NCBI GenBank assembly: GCA_965214245.1
Contig: CBDCBL010000009.1
Coordinates: 15,551 to 79,550 of the forward strand
Direction of reading: 5' to 3'
DNA from: Acidobacteriota bacterium
GTDB taxonomy: Bacteria > Acidobacteriota > UBA890
DNA length: 64,000 bases
This document shows positions 39,361 to 49,500 of this stretch, piece after piece. The position numbers and the translations under genes are program-made. The notes under the pieces are model-generated. The model worked only from the letters and a program-made list of their open reading frames with translations, searched no databases and was not told where the DNA came from. Position 1 is the stretch's first letter, and each line of letters starts with the position of its first letter.

Positions 39361-40485
39361 ATGCCCGTAGATCTCGATACCCTGCTCAGCGATGCTGTTG
39401 CCCGTCAGGCATCCGACCTCCACCTGAAAGTCGACGTGCCACCCTATTTGCGTATCGACGGCGTCTTGCGGCCGATGGACATGCCGCCGCTGACCGCCGC
39501 CGACACGCGTCACGTGGCCGAGAAGCTCCTCGAGGATCACGAGATCGGCGTCGACGGCTTCAAAGAGTTCGACGCCAGCTACTCGGTCTACGCCCTCGGT
39601 CGTTTTCGTTGCAACGTTTTCATCGAGCGCGGTGTACACGGTGTGGTGCTGCGCGTGATTCCGGGCCAGACCAAGACGATCCGCGATCTCAGCCTTCCGC
39701 CGGTGATCGAGAAGATCGCTATGGAGGAGCGCGGTCTCGTGTTGTGCACGGGGACTACGGGTAGCGGCAAGTCAACGACGCTGGCGGCGATGGTCGATCA
39801 CATCAACCGCAATCGGGCGCGGCACATCGTGACGATCGAAGACCCGATCGAGTTCCTGCATGCCGGCGGCAAATCGATCATCACGCAGCGTGAGTTGGGG
39901 CAGGACACGAGCAGCTACGATGGGGCCCTGCGCGCCGCCTTGCGTCAGGACCCCGACGTGATCCTGGTTGGTGAGATGCGCGACAAGGAAACCATCGAGA
40001 CCGCCATGACGGCGGCGGAGACCGGCCACCTCGTGATGTCGACGTTGCACACACTGGACGCCCCGGAGACCATCAACCGAGTCATCTCGGTGTTCCCGCC
40101 GTATCAGCAGGAGCAGATCCGGGCGCAGCTCGCCGAGGTGTTACGCGCGGTGATTTCCATGCGCCTGGTGCGTCACGATGACGGCAAGGGCCGCGTGCCG
40201 GCCGCCGAAATCATGCTGGCGACGACATTCATCCGCGAGTGCATCCGCGATCGCGATCGGGTGGTAGAGATTCGTGATGCGATCGCCTCCGGCGTCAGCC
40301 AGTACGGCATGCAGACGTTCGACCAGTCCTTGCTTTGGCTTCACAAGCAGGGGCTGATCTCGGTCGAGGAGGCGCTTGCTGCGGCCACCAACCCGAACGA
40401 CATGAAGCTGCAGCTGCGCGGTATCGTTACGTCGACGGAAGCCGCAGAGCACACGATGGAAACCATGCGCGAGACCCCGGAGTAG
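39361..40485 (+). CDS. pilT: Type IV pilus retraction ATPase PilT
   Basis: ...GLVLCTGTTGSGKSTTLAAMVDHIN... is a Walker A motif, with Asp/His boxes. Start chosen at MPVDLDTLL. Confidence 0.85.
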   Translation: MPVDLDTLLSDAVARQASDLHLKVDVPPYLRIDGVLRPMDMPPLTAADTRHVAEKLLEDHEIGVDGFKEFDASYSVYALGRFRCNVFIERGVHGVVLRVIPGQTKTIRDLSLPPVIEKIAMEERGLVLCTGTTGSGKSTTLAAMVDHINRNRARHIVTIEDPIEFLHAGGKSIITQRELGQDTSSYDGALRAALRQDPDVILVGEMRDKETIETAMTAAETGHLVMSTLHTLDAPETINRVISVFPPYQQEQIRAQLAEVLRAVISMRLVRHDDGKGRVPAAEIMLATTFIRECIRDRDRVVEIRDAIASGVSQYGMQTFDQSLLWLHKQGLISVEEALAAATNPNDMKLQLRGIVTSTEAAEHTMETMRETPE

Positions 40486-40536
40486 CAAGCTCCGGTCTGC
40501 GAGATCGTGTGACATCGACCGAGGTTGTGACGCGCC

Positions 40537-41016
40537 GTGTCGCGCGAACGACGAACCGCGTATACCGAGACGCTCGCCATGCTGGCGCGGCGCGACTACA
40601 GTCGTGCCCTGCTGGCACAGCGGCTGGCCGCCAAGGGATACCCGGCGGGTGAGGTTGACGACGCGTGCCGTCGTTGCACCGATCTCGGGTATCTCGACGA
40701 CCGCAAGTTCGGGCACAGCCGTCTCGAGCTTCGTCTCAGCCGCCGCCCAGCCGGGCGTCGCGACGCCGTGCGGGACTTGCAGCGTCAAGGCCTTACCGCG
40801 ACAATGAGCGAAACCGTCGTCGACGAGGTGTTCGAGGCGCTCGGCGGCGAGGCAGAGGTGCTCGATCGAGCCTTCGATCGGTGGGCGACCCGGCACGGTG
40901 ACCCGGATGATCTGGCGACTGCCAAGCGCTGCTTCGACCACCTCATGAGACGCTCCTTCCCACGCTACCTGATCCTTCGCAAGCTTTCGCCCTGGCTGGA
41001 CGATCTCGGAGGCTGA
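40537..41016 (+). CDS. recX: Regulatory protein RecX
   Basis: It is ~159 aa and precedes alaS, which is conserved synteny. The start is probably GTG. Confidence 0.7.
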   Translation: MSRERRTAYTETLAMLARRDYSRALLAQRLAAKGYPAGEVDDACRRCTDLGYLDDRKFGHSRLELRLSRRPAGRRDAVRDLQRQGLTATMSETVVDEVFEALGGEAEVLDRAFDRWATRHGDPDDLATAKRCFDHLMRRSFPRYLILRKLSPWLDDLGG

Positions 41017-41067
41017 GACCATCCCGCCGACATTGGCGCTACGCCGCTCAATCTCGCCACCAGACAC

Positions 41068-43782
41068 ATGGCCGACCTGAACGAAACACAGCATCCGATC
41101 GCCGGCGCGCCGAGCTCGGCAGAAGTGCGCGATCGCTTCTTGCGGTACTTCGAGGAGCGCGGCCATACGGTGGTGGCGAGCGGCAGTCTGATCCCGCAGG
41201 ACGACCCGACGCTGCTGTTTACCAACGCCGGGATGAACCAGTTCAAGGAAGTCTTCCTGGGGCATGAGAAGCGAGGCTACCAACGCGCCGCGACCTCGCA
41301 GAAGTGCATGCGGGTGTCGGGCAAGCACAACGACCTCGAGAACGTCGGCCCGTCGAGCTACCACCACACGTTCTTCGAGATGCTCGGCAATTTCTCGTTC
41401 GGCGACTACTTCAAGGCCGAAGCCATCGAGATGGGCTGGGAGTTGTTGACCGAAGAGTTCGACCTGCCGCCCGAGAGGCTCTGGGTGAGCGTCTACGAGG
41501 AAGACGACGAAGCGTTCGATCTGTGGAAGAGCGTTGTCGGACTTTCCGACCATCGGATCCGGCGCCTCGGCAAGAAAGACAACTACTGGTCGATGGGAGA
41601 TACCGGCCCTTGCGGGCCGTGCTCCGAGATTCACTTCGATTACGGCGAAGGCGACTTCGAATGGCCGTGTCGTGAGGGGTACGAAGAGCCCGCCGACGTG
41701 GATCTCGATGCAGACCGCTTCGTCGAGCTGTGGAACCTGGTGTTCATGGAGTTCAACGCTGGCGAGGGCGGCGATGTGGTGCCGCTGCCGAACCCGAACA
41801 TCGATACGGGCGCCGGCCTTGAGCGCGTCACCGCCGTGCTCCAGGGCTTCCGCAGCAACTACGACACCGACCTGTTTCGCGCGCTGATCGACGGCGTTGC
41901 GGCGCGCGCCGGCAAGGCCTACGGCGAGGACGAGGAGACGGACACGGCGTTGCGCGTCATCGCCGACCACAGCCGCGCCGCCGCGTTCCTGTTGGCCGAC
42001 GGCGTGAGTCCGGCCAACGAAGGGCGCGGCTATGTCCTGCGCCGCTTGATTCGACGTGCCGTGCGCTTCGGTATGAAGCTCGGCTTCGACGGTCCTTTCC
42101 TGAACGAAGCGGCCGGCATCGTGGTGAAGAACATGGGTGGCGTACACCCCGAGCTGCGCCAGGCCCAGGCGCTGATCGAGAAGGTCACGACCGCCGAAGA
42201 GAATCGCTTCTTCCGCGCCATCGGCGTTGGCACTCAGGTTTTTGACGAGGTGGTAGGCGAGGTAGAAAAAGAGGGTGGCGACGCGTTGCGGGGAGACGAT
42301 GTCTTCCGCCTCTACGACACCTACGGGCTCCCCGTCGAGTTGACCCGTGAGCTCGCCGCGGATCACGGCCTGCGTGTCGATGAAGAAGGTTTTGCGGTCG
42401 CCATGGAGGTTCAGCGTAAGCGCGCCCGCGAGGCATGGAAGGGTGGTGCCCGTGCCAGTGAGGCGCAGCAGCTCGTTGAGCAGCTGGCCGCCGCGGGCGT
42501 CGACCGGACCGAGTTCATCGGTTACACGGGCCTCGAAGCCGAGGGCTCCAAGGTGCTTGGACTGCTGTTCGACGGCGAGCCGGTGGACTCCCTCGAGGTC
42601 GGGCAGAGCGGCTCCATGGTTGTTGACGTTACGCCTTTCTACAGCGAGTCGGGTGGCCAGGTCGGGGACCGTGGCATGGTCGTCGGCGATGCGGTGTCGG
42701 CGCGCGTCGTCGACACGCAGCGCCTCCCTGGCGGCCTGGTGCTGCACGCCGTTGATGTCGATGAAGGCGTGATACGGCGCGACGCGGCCGTTGCGTTGAA
42801 GGTCGACCCCGCGTTGCGAGCCCGTACTGTGGGCAACCACACGGCGACCCACCTGTTGCACGCGGCGCTGCGCGAGCGTCTCGGCGAGCACGTCCGTCAG
42901 GCGGGCTCGCTGGTGGCGCCGGACAGGTTGCGCTTCGACTTCAACCACTACGCGGCGGTGGATGCCGAGAAGCTCGCCACGCTGGAGAACGACGTGAACG
43001 CGGCGATCCGAGCCGATGTGGCAACCGACATCCGCGAGATGTCGCACGCCGAGGCCCTCGAGCAGGGAGCGCTGGCGTTTTTCGGTGATAAGTACGGCGA
43101 ACGCGTACGAGTCGTGACGGTTCCGGGTATTTCCAAAGAGTTGTGCGGCGGCACGCACGTCGAGCGCACCGGCCAGATCGGCGCCTTCCTGATCACCAAG
43201 GAAGAAAGCGTTGCCGCCGGCACGCGGCGCATCGAAGCTGTGACCGGGCGCGACGCGATCGACGCCGTACAGCGGCAGCGTGACGTGCTGCACCAGGTGA
43301 TGGCCGATCTGCGGTCGCCCGCGGACGACCTGCCGGCACACGTCGAGGGTTTGGTACGTCGTTTGAAGGCGGCCGAGCGCGACAACGAAGAGCTGCGCGT
43401 GCGGTTGGCCACGGGCGGCAGCGCCGGTCAGGTCGACGACGAAGCGGTGGATGTCGCCGGAGTTCGCGTCGTGACCCGGGAGGTCGACGGGCTCGACGCG
43501 GGTGGCCTGCGCAACCTGGCAGACCGCCTCCGGCAGCAGGTCGAGTCCGGGGTGGTGGTGGCGGGCACGCGGCAGGCCGGCAAAGCCCAGCTCATTGTCG
43601 CGGTAACGACAGACGTTGCGGAGCGCGTCAGCGCTGCGGATATCGCCAAGGGCCTCGCCGAGATCGTCGGCGGCGGCGGCGGTGGGAACGCGCAAATGGC
43701 ACAGGCAGGTGGCCCACAGGGAGATCGGTTGTCCGAGGCGCTCGAACAGGTTTCGGCGCTGCTCGGTGGGTTATTGGGGTAG
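41068..43782 (+). CDS. alaS: Alanine--tRNA ligase
   Basis: ...TLLFTNAGMNQFKEVFLG...SGKHNDLENVG... and a C-terminal DHHA1 domain; 904 aa. Confidence 0.9.
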   Translation: MADLNETQHPIAGAPSSAEVRDRFLRYFEERGHTVVASGSLIPQDDPTLLFTNAGMNQFKEVFLGHEKRGYQRAATSQKCMRVSGKHNDLENVGPSSYHHTFFEMLGNFSFGDYFKAEAIEMGWELLTEEFDLPPERLWVSVYEEDDEAFDLWKSVVGLSDHRIRRLGKKDNYWSMGDTGPCGPCSEIHFDYGEGDFEWPCREGYEEPADVDLDADRFVELWNLVFMEFNAGEGGDVVPLPNPNIDTGAGLERVTAVLQGFRSNYDTDLFRALIDGVAARAGKAYGEDEETDTALRVIADHSRAAAFLLADGVSPANEGRGYVLRRLIRRAVRFGMKLGFDGPFLNEAAGIVVKNMGGVHPELRQAQALIEKVTTAEENRFFRAIGVGTQVFDEVVGEVEKEGGDALRGDDVFRLYDTYGLPVELTRELAADHGLRVDEEGFAVAMEVQRKRAREAWKGGARASEAQQLVEQLAAAGVDRTEFIGYTGLEAEGSKVLGLLFDGEPVDSLEVGQSGSMVVDVTPFYSESGGQVGDRGMVVGDAVSARVVDTQRLPGGLVLHAVDVDEGVIRRDAAVALKVDPALRARTVGNHTATHLLHAALRERLGEHVRQAGSLVAPDRLRFDFNHYAAVDAEKLATLENDVNAAIRADVATDIREMSHAEALEQGALAFFGDKYGERVRVVTVPGISKELCGGTHVERTGQIGAFLITKEESVAAGTRRIEAVTGRDAIDAVQRQRDVLHQVMADLRSPADDLPAHVEGLVRRLKAAERDNEELRVRLATGGSAGQVDDEAVDVAGVRVVTREVDGLDAGGLRNLADRLRQQVESGVVVAGTRQAGKAQLIVAVTTDVAERVSAADIAKGLAEIVGGGGGGNAQMAQAGGPQGDRLSEALEQVSALLGGLLG

Positions 43783-43830
43783 TCTACCGGGTGCGTTTCG
43801 CGATATTTTAGTGCCTGTCGATAATCAACT

Positions 43831-44478
43831 TTGAGCATGATGATGCGCTTGCCTGCCCCCTTAACCCGAAGGCTCGCTTCAAAACCCGGTGAAGACTTCG
43901 GGCTGGTGCGAGTTTTGGTGCTGGCGGGAACGGTCATTTTCCTGTCGACGGGCTCGGCTCTGGCGCAGATTTACGTCGTCGAAGGCGCCGACGGCAGCCG
44001 GCGTTACACCAACGCCTACGAGTCTGGAGCGAAAATCTTCCGGGAGACGAGGCACACGCCCGTGACCGAGGTCATACGCGTGGCGGGCCCGGTTCCGTTC
44101 CGCGCCGAGATTGACCAGGCAGCGGTACAAGCCGGCGTCGACGCCCGGTTCGTCGAGGCGATCATCGCCGCCGAGTCGGACTTCGACCCACACGCGGTGT
44201 CCAAGAAGGGCGCTCAGGGCCTCATGCAACTGATGCCGGCAACTGCGGATCGATTCGCAGTTCGCAACGTTTGGGACCCGTTGCAGAACATCGTCGGCGG
44301 CACCACGTACGTGCGTGAGCTCATGGATCTCTATGACGGAAACCTGCGTATCGTGTTGGCGGCGTACAACGCCGGCGAGGGCGCGGTAGAAAAGCACGGC
44401 GGCGTGCCGCCGTTTCAGGAGACCCGGCAATACATCGAGAGAGTCCTTGACTACTACTCAGGACTCGGCGGGCGCTAG
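43831..44478 (+). CDS. Lytic transglycosylase (SLT domain) protein
   Basis: ...ESDFDPHAVSKKGAQGLMQLMPATA... preceded by a signal/TM sequence. Confidence 0.75.
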   Translation: MSMMMRLPAPLTRRLASKPGEDFGLVRVLVLAGTVIFLSTGSALAQIYVVEGADGSRRYTNAYESGAKIFRETRHTPVTEVIRVAGPVPFRAEIDQAAVQAGVDARFVEAIIAAESDFDPHAVSKKGAQGLMQLMPATADRFAVRNVWDPLQNIVGGTTYVRELMDLYDGNLRIVLAAYNAGEGAVEKHGGVPPFQETRQYIERVLDYYSGLGGR

Positions 44479-44619
44479 CACTCCCGAGGTGCCCGTTTGC
44501 AAGCGCGCTGCCCGTGGCCGCAGTGCATTGCGCGTCACGTAGCGGAATCGCTATACTGCTTGTGCTTCAGGGGCGAAGGTTGTCAAGCCAGTGTGGGGGG
44601 GCGCGTCGGGAGACGTGCC

Positions 44620-46404
44620 ATGCCGAAATCGACAAGACGTTCGTGTGTTCCGCTGACCTTCGCGATAATGCTCTTGCTCGCCGCGCCTTCCGCGGCCGTT
44701 TCTTCCTCGCCGCAGGAGCTCTTCGAGCGCGCTGAAACGCTGTATCGGCAGCTCGAGGTCGTGGATCCCTCCGGCGAAGCCGCCTCTTGGGCTCGAGTAA
44801 CGGATGCTTTCGCCGCTGTCGCGACGCGCTACCCTGACAGCCCGCTAGCCTCTGAAGCTCTGTGGCGGATGTCGTGGATCTACGGCCGCCAGGGTCGGGC
44901 TGGCGACCCCGCCTCGTCGGCACGCCAACTCGAGCTGTACCGGGAGCTGGTTCAGCACTATCCAACAAGCCCGCACGCGCCTGAAGCCTTACTCCGGTTG
45001 GCGGCGGATGCCGAGGGGGAGGGTGGGGCCCGCGCCGCGGTGCTCTATTCCCGATTGCTCCAACAATATCCTTCGACGCCACAGGCTTCGCTGGCCCGGA
45101 ACCGGATGGCCGGAGTCATCCGCGCCAATCCCGATGCCGATCCAGCAACGGTGACGACCGGAGAGGCTCCGCGGAGACCGGCGCCGAGCGTGCCGGAGCC
45201 TGAACGCCGGCTGGCAGCTCCGGCGCCCGGTTCCGAAGCGGAACAGCCTCGCCCATCGACCGACAGTGACGTCGCGGACAACCTCGCCGTGCTCAGCGGT
45301 GTCCGCTACTACAGCGACCGCACATACACGCGGATCGTGCTCGACCTCGATCGGTCGGTGACCTACCAGACCGGCGAGGCCCATTCCCCGGAGAGGTTAT
45401 TCGTCGATCTCAAGGGCGTCGGCAAACCTAAAGACTTGCCGGGAGCTCGGCCTTCGGGACGCGAGCAGGTTATCGCTGTCGATGGCAACGCGGTGTCGCG
45501 TGTGCGCGTCGCCTTGAACCAGCCCGGCATCGTCCGCGTGGTGATCGACCTTGCCCAGACGTCGAAGTACACGATGTTCACGCTCGACAAGGTGGACGAG
45601 CCGTTCCGCATCGTCATCGATGTGCCGACGGCGACGGTTGCGTCGCGCCTTCGCGATGAGCGCCGGCCGGCGCAGCCGGAGGGCGGGTCGATAACCGAGC
45701 AGCTCGGCCTCGGGGTGCACCGCGTGGTCATCGATCCGGGGCATGGTGGCACCGACCCGGGGGCCATCGGCCGCACCGGAGCTACCGAGAAAGAGCTGGC
45801 GCTGGCGCTGTCCCAGACGCTCGCGACGCGTTTACGAGAGAGCGGCTACGAAGTCATCTTGACGCGCGACGAGGACCGCACGGTGTCGCTGCAGGAGCGC
45901 ACCGAGTTCGCCAATCGTGTCGACGCCGATCTTTTCATCTCGATGCACATAAACTCGGCGCGCAATCGCAAGCTGCGTGGTTTCGAGACGTACTATCTGA
46001 ATCTTGCCAACGATCCGACCGCGGCCGAGGCCGCAGCGCGCGAGAACGCCGCCGGGCAACGCGGCAGCATGGGTGATCTGCAAGAGACGCTGGAGCTCAT
46101 CGTCAGTAATGAGTACCAGGGGGCTTCGGGAGAGCTCGCCGCGTCGATTCAGGACAGCCTGGTGATGCACGTCTCGAAGAACTACCAGAACGTGCACGAC
46201 CTGGGCGTCAAGACCGCGCCCTTCTTTGTGCTGGTGGGCGCCGAGATGCCGGCCATCCTGATCGAGGCCTCGTTCGTGAGCAACGAACAGGAAGAGGCCT
46301 GGCTGAAGAGTAGCGACTACAGAGTTCAGGTGGCCGAGGCCATCGAGATCGGCCTGCAGAGCTATGTCGACAAGCGTCGGGTCACGGCTCAGAGGGGTCG
46401 CTAG
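44620..46404 (+). CDS. N-acetylmuramoyl-L-alanine amidase (AmiC-like) with N-terminal TPR-like and AMIN domains
   Basis: A signal peptide is followed by ...VVIDPGHGGTDPGA...FISMHINS.... The TAG stop is the first 3 nt of the MITE-like repeat. Confidence 0.8.
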   Translation: MPKSTRRSCVPLTFAIMLLLAAPSAAVSSSPQELFERAETLYRQLEVVDPSGEAASWARVTDAFAAVATRYPDSPLASEALWRMSWIYGRQGRAGDPASSARQLELYRELVQHYPTSPHAPEALLRLAADAEGEGGARAAVLYSRLLQQYPSTPQASLARNRMAGVIRANPDADPATVTTGEAPRRPAPSVPEPERRLAAPAPGSEAEQPRPSTDSDVADNLAVLSGVRYYSDRTYTRIVLDLDRSVTYQTGEAHSPERLFVDLKGVGKPKDLPGARPSGREQVIAVDGNAVSRVRVALNQPGIVRVVIDLAQTSKYTMFTLDKVDEPFRIVIDVPTATVASRLRDERRPAQPEGGSITEQLGLGVHRVVIDPGHGGTDPGAIGRTGATEKELALALSQTLATRLRESGYEVILTRDEDRTVSLQERTEFANRVDADLFISMHINSARNRKLRGFETYYLNLANDPTAAEAAARENAAGQRGSMGDLQETLELIVSNEYQGASGELAASIQDSLVMHVSKNYQNVHDLGVKTAPFFVLVGAEMPAILIEASFVSNEQEEAWLKSSDYRVQVAEAIEIGLQSYVDKRRVTAQRGR

Positions 46405-46681
46405 CAGGCCGTGGTGAAAGTGTGATGGGTCTGGCCGCGCGGGTATTGTAGTCGAGGGCAAGGAGCGCCGACACAGGCGATGCCGGAGCCATCGTCGAGG
46501 AGGCGCGACGCCGCCATCGGCTGCAAGACGCGCGCGCCCGGAGGGTTGAGGCGAGGAGGGGGCATCTGCGGCGTTGCTGCTCCTCCACGATACGTCAAGA
46601 GCATCGCGGTCGTCACAGCGCCTTGCATCTGCCCCCTTCTCGCCTCAACCAGACCCATCACACTTTCACCACGGCCTGCTA
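46402..46681. mobile_element. MITE/REP-like element (280 bp) with 33-bp terminal inverted repeats, exactly filling the gap between two convergent stop codons
   Basis: TAGCAGGCCGTGGTGAAAGTGTGATGGGTCTGG at 46402-46434 and its reverse complement at 46649-46681. The terminal TAG and CTA triplets are the stop codons of the flanking genes. Confidence 0.8.
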
Positions 46682-47026
46682 GGGCCAGTAGGTCGCACTG
46701 AAGCCCGCCGCCTCGCCGATTTCGACGTGCAGGACCTCTGTGCCCGGCAGCTCGCGATCGAGCAGCTCGGCGAGCGTGCGCGCCACCTCCTCGGCGGTTG
46801 GGTTCACCGCATCGAAGGGGGGAACGTCGTTGAAGCAAGCACCCTCGTGACGGGTGACCCACGCGTCGAGGACGGCGCGGGCTTGTACGGCTGCTTCTTC
46901 CGCCCGCGCCGAGCGCAGTGATGCTTTGATGCGCCAGTTGTGAGCGTGCAACGGCTCGAGCGTGCCGCGCGAATCGATGCGAATGCGATGTGTTGCCGGA
47001 AACTCGGCGGCGAGACAGAAGATCAT
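46679..47026 (-). CDS. 6-pyruvoyl-tetrahydropterin synthase / QueD-family protein
   Basis: It has the ...LHAHNWRI... His motif and is 115 aa. Its stop codon lies inside the repeat terminus. Confidence 0.6.
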   Translation of the reverse strand: MIFCLAAEFPATHRIRIDSRGTLEPLHAHNWRIKASLRSARAEEAAVQARAVLDAWVTRHEGACFNDVPPFDAVNPTAEEVARTLAELLDRELPGTEVLHVEIGEAAGFSATYWP

Positions 47027-47152
47027 GATGACAATCTTGTTCGCGAAGCGCCGACAGGGTTTCTCCCCACCCCGCTAATCGTATCCTTGACGGGGCACAA
47101 GAGCTAAACTGTCGGCGAGATCGGGTACGCAGGATCTGTCGAGACCAAAGCA

Positions 47153-47758
47153 ATGGCTGCCAACACCCCGCAACCGGGACACGCATCGCCGGACCTTGCC
47201 GCGCAGGCTACCGGCAACTGGACGTTGCCCAACGCGCTCACGATCCTGCGGATCTTCCTGGTTCCGGTGTTGGTGGTGTTCCTGCTCACCGAATATACGC
47301 TCATCGGGCTGTCGGTGTTCATCCTGGCCTCTCTCACCGATTGGTTTGACGGTTATCTGGCGCGCACGCGAGGGCAAGTCACCACGCTCGGACAGCTTCT
47401 CGACCCGGTTGCCGACAAGCTGTTGATCTCGGCGGCGTTCATCTCGCTGGTCGAGCTCGGTTTGGCGCCCGCCTGGATGGTGGTGATCATCGTCGGTCGG
47501 GAGTTGGCAATAAGCGGTCTGCGATCGATAGCCGCGGATCAGAACGTGGACATCCCGACCTCGTCGATCGGCAAGTACAAGACGACGGCGCAAATGATCA
47601 CCGTAATCATTCTCATACTGGGTCCCCAGTGGATGGGCGGGTACATGGTGTTGGGACAGATCGGCCTGTGGGTGGTGGTGATCCTGTCGATGATGTCGGC
47701 AAGGCACTACTTCGTTTCGTTCTGGGGTCGACTGGGATTGGGGGGCGGCGAAGCCTGA
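47153..47758 (+). CDS. pgsA: CDP-diacylglycerol--glycerol-3-phosphate 3-phosphatidyltransferase
   Basis: ...DWFDGYLARTRGQVTTLGQLLDPVADK... Confidence 0.85.
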   Translation: MAANTPQPGHASPDLAAQATGNWTLPNALTILRIFLVPVLVVFLLTEYTLIGLSVFILASLTDWFDGYLARTRGQVTTLGQLLDPVADKLLISAAFISLVELGLAPAWMVVIIVGRELAISGLRSIAADQNVDIPTSSIGKYKTTAQMITVIILILGPQWMGGYMVLGQIGLWVVVILSMMSARHYFVSFWGRLGLGGGEA

Positions 47759-48444
47759 TGGGGTTGGTGGGGCACGTTCGCCGGTCATTGCTGGCCGGCC
47801 TCCTGATCATTCTGCCGCTGGTTTTCACGCTCTGGCTCTTCGCGCTCGTCCTGGGCCCGGTCCAGCGGTTCGCGACACCCCCGGTGGTGGCGTTGCTGCG
47901 CGTCGTGGGTCTCGACACGGTCCTCGACCTGCCGGGCGGCGGCGTCGGCACGGCGCTACTTGGACTGCTCCTGACGTTCGCCTTCATCTACGTCGTCGGT
48001 GTCCTGGGGTCGAACATCATCGGCCGTGGTCTCGTCAAGAAGATGGACGAACTGGCGCTCAGCATCCCGCTCGTCAAGAGCGTCTACGGCTCGGCGCGGC
48101 AGCTGCTCGAGACGTTCTACTCGACAGCGGACCGGACGTTCGAATCCGTGGTGTTGATCCAGTACCCGCGCAAGGGGATCTACACCGTCGGCTTGGTTAC
48201 CGCGCCGACGGCGGGAGAGCTGCAGGATCACCTGCCGGGAGACGGGGTCAATGTGTTCGTGCCGACGACGCCGAACCCGACCTCGGGCGTACTGGTGTTG
48301 GCGCGTCGCGACGAGCTCGAGTACCTCGATATGAACGTCGAGGAGGCTTTACGCTTCGTGGTCAGCGGCGGGATCGTCAGTCCGGGGCGCAAGTTGGGTG
48401 AGGGGAACGATTTGCTGGACCCGGGGACGGAGCCGTCGGAGTAG
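47758..48444 (+). CDS. DUF502-family membrane protein
   Basis: MGLVGHVRRSLLAGLLIILPLVFTLWLF... with a TGATG overlap onto pgsA. Confidence 0.65.
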   Translation: MGLVGHVRRSLLAGLLIILPLVFTLWLFALVLGPVQRFATPPVVALLRVVGLDTVLDLPGGGVGTALLGLLLTFAFIYVVGVLGSNIIGRGLVKKMDELALSIPLVKSVYGSARQLLETFYSTADRTFESVVLIQYPRKGIYTVGLVTAPTAGELQDHLPGDGVNVFVPTTPNPTSGVLVLARRDELEYLDMNVEEALRFVVSGGIVSPGRKLGEGNDLLDPGTEPSE

Positions 48445-48457
48445 CCTACAAAGACCC

Positions 48458-49500
48458 CTAACCGACCACGAGCTTCTCTCCCGGTCTTTTGTCGCCACCC
48501 AAACCTTTGAGCAGCCTCGCCCGCAGATTCTCCACCATCTCGTCGTAGTCGGCGTCCCGAAGCGGCACGCGGCCGCCGGCCATCATGCCGTGACCGCCGG
48601 CGCGGCCCATGCCCGCGACGATACGGCGGATTACTTCGCCGGCGTGGGACTCGGGGTCGGTCGTGCGCAGTGAGAGGACGATGGCGTCGCCGTCCCGCCC
48701 CATTGCCGCAGACCAATCGGCGCCCTCGAGGCGCAGCAGGAAGTCGGCGATCTCGGCCACGATGTCGGGGCTGTCGACGCGCCGTAGATCGGTCAGGACG
48801 GTGCGCCCGTGGACGGTGGCGTTCTCGATGGCCAGCTGAAACGCTCGGAAGTAGTCGCGGGGCACCCGGGCACGCTGGATACGGGCAATGGCTTCCTTGT
48901 CGGCACGTGGCAGCAGTCCGAGATAGGCGTCGCGATCGGCGTCGCCGGCGTCGCGCCCCAGTTCCTGGGTTTCGGACTTAATGGCGTAGAAGAGCGCCGT
49001 AACCAGGTTGTCGTCCAGAGGTGTTTCCGAAGCCTTGACGTACTCGTAGAGGATCGAGGCTGTCGCTCCGTAGCCCTCGCGCACATCGACGAATGCCACG
49101 CCGTCAAGATTCCCCCCCGCCCGAGGTGATGATCGATCACGGCCGTCGCGCGGCGCTCCGGCGGTAGAGAGTTGTTACCGAACCCGGGCTGCGTATCGAC
49201 GAGGGCCACACCGTCGTAATCTGCCCAGTCGAGCTCGTCGAGACGATGCGGTGTGAGTTCGAGCTCGCACTGCATGGCGCGATTCTCGGCGCGGCCGATC
49301 ATCCCGCCGTAGCCGACCGTACACTTCGTGTCGGTGGGTTGACGAAGCACGGCGCTCAAACCGAAGGCGCTGGCGAGCGCGTCAGGGTCGGGGTTGTCGT
49401 GCGCCAGTATCAGCACGTTGCGGAGGTCGCCGAAGACGGTGCGTAGCTCCTCGACGCGCTGCTCGGGCGATGCCGCGGCTGTACTCAGCAGCTCAACCAA
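48458..49500 (-). CDS. nrnA: DHH-family phosphoesterase NrnA-like (oligoribonuclease/pAp phosphatase), with a frameshift in a C7/G7 homopolymer (49117-49123)
   Basis: The N-part ...VLILAHDNPDPDALASAFGL...VIDHHLG... and the C-part (DHHA1) ...VAFVDVREGYGATASILYE... are in different frames. The start is uncertain (TTG?). Confidence 0.65.

Noticed and set aside
40141-43695. A 1184-aa ORF on the minus strand across alaS
   Set aside because: It is antisense to a well-supported alaS gene. Long spurious ORFs are expected in GC-rich DNA, and it has no motif content.
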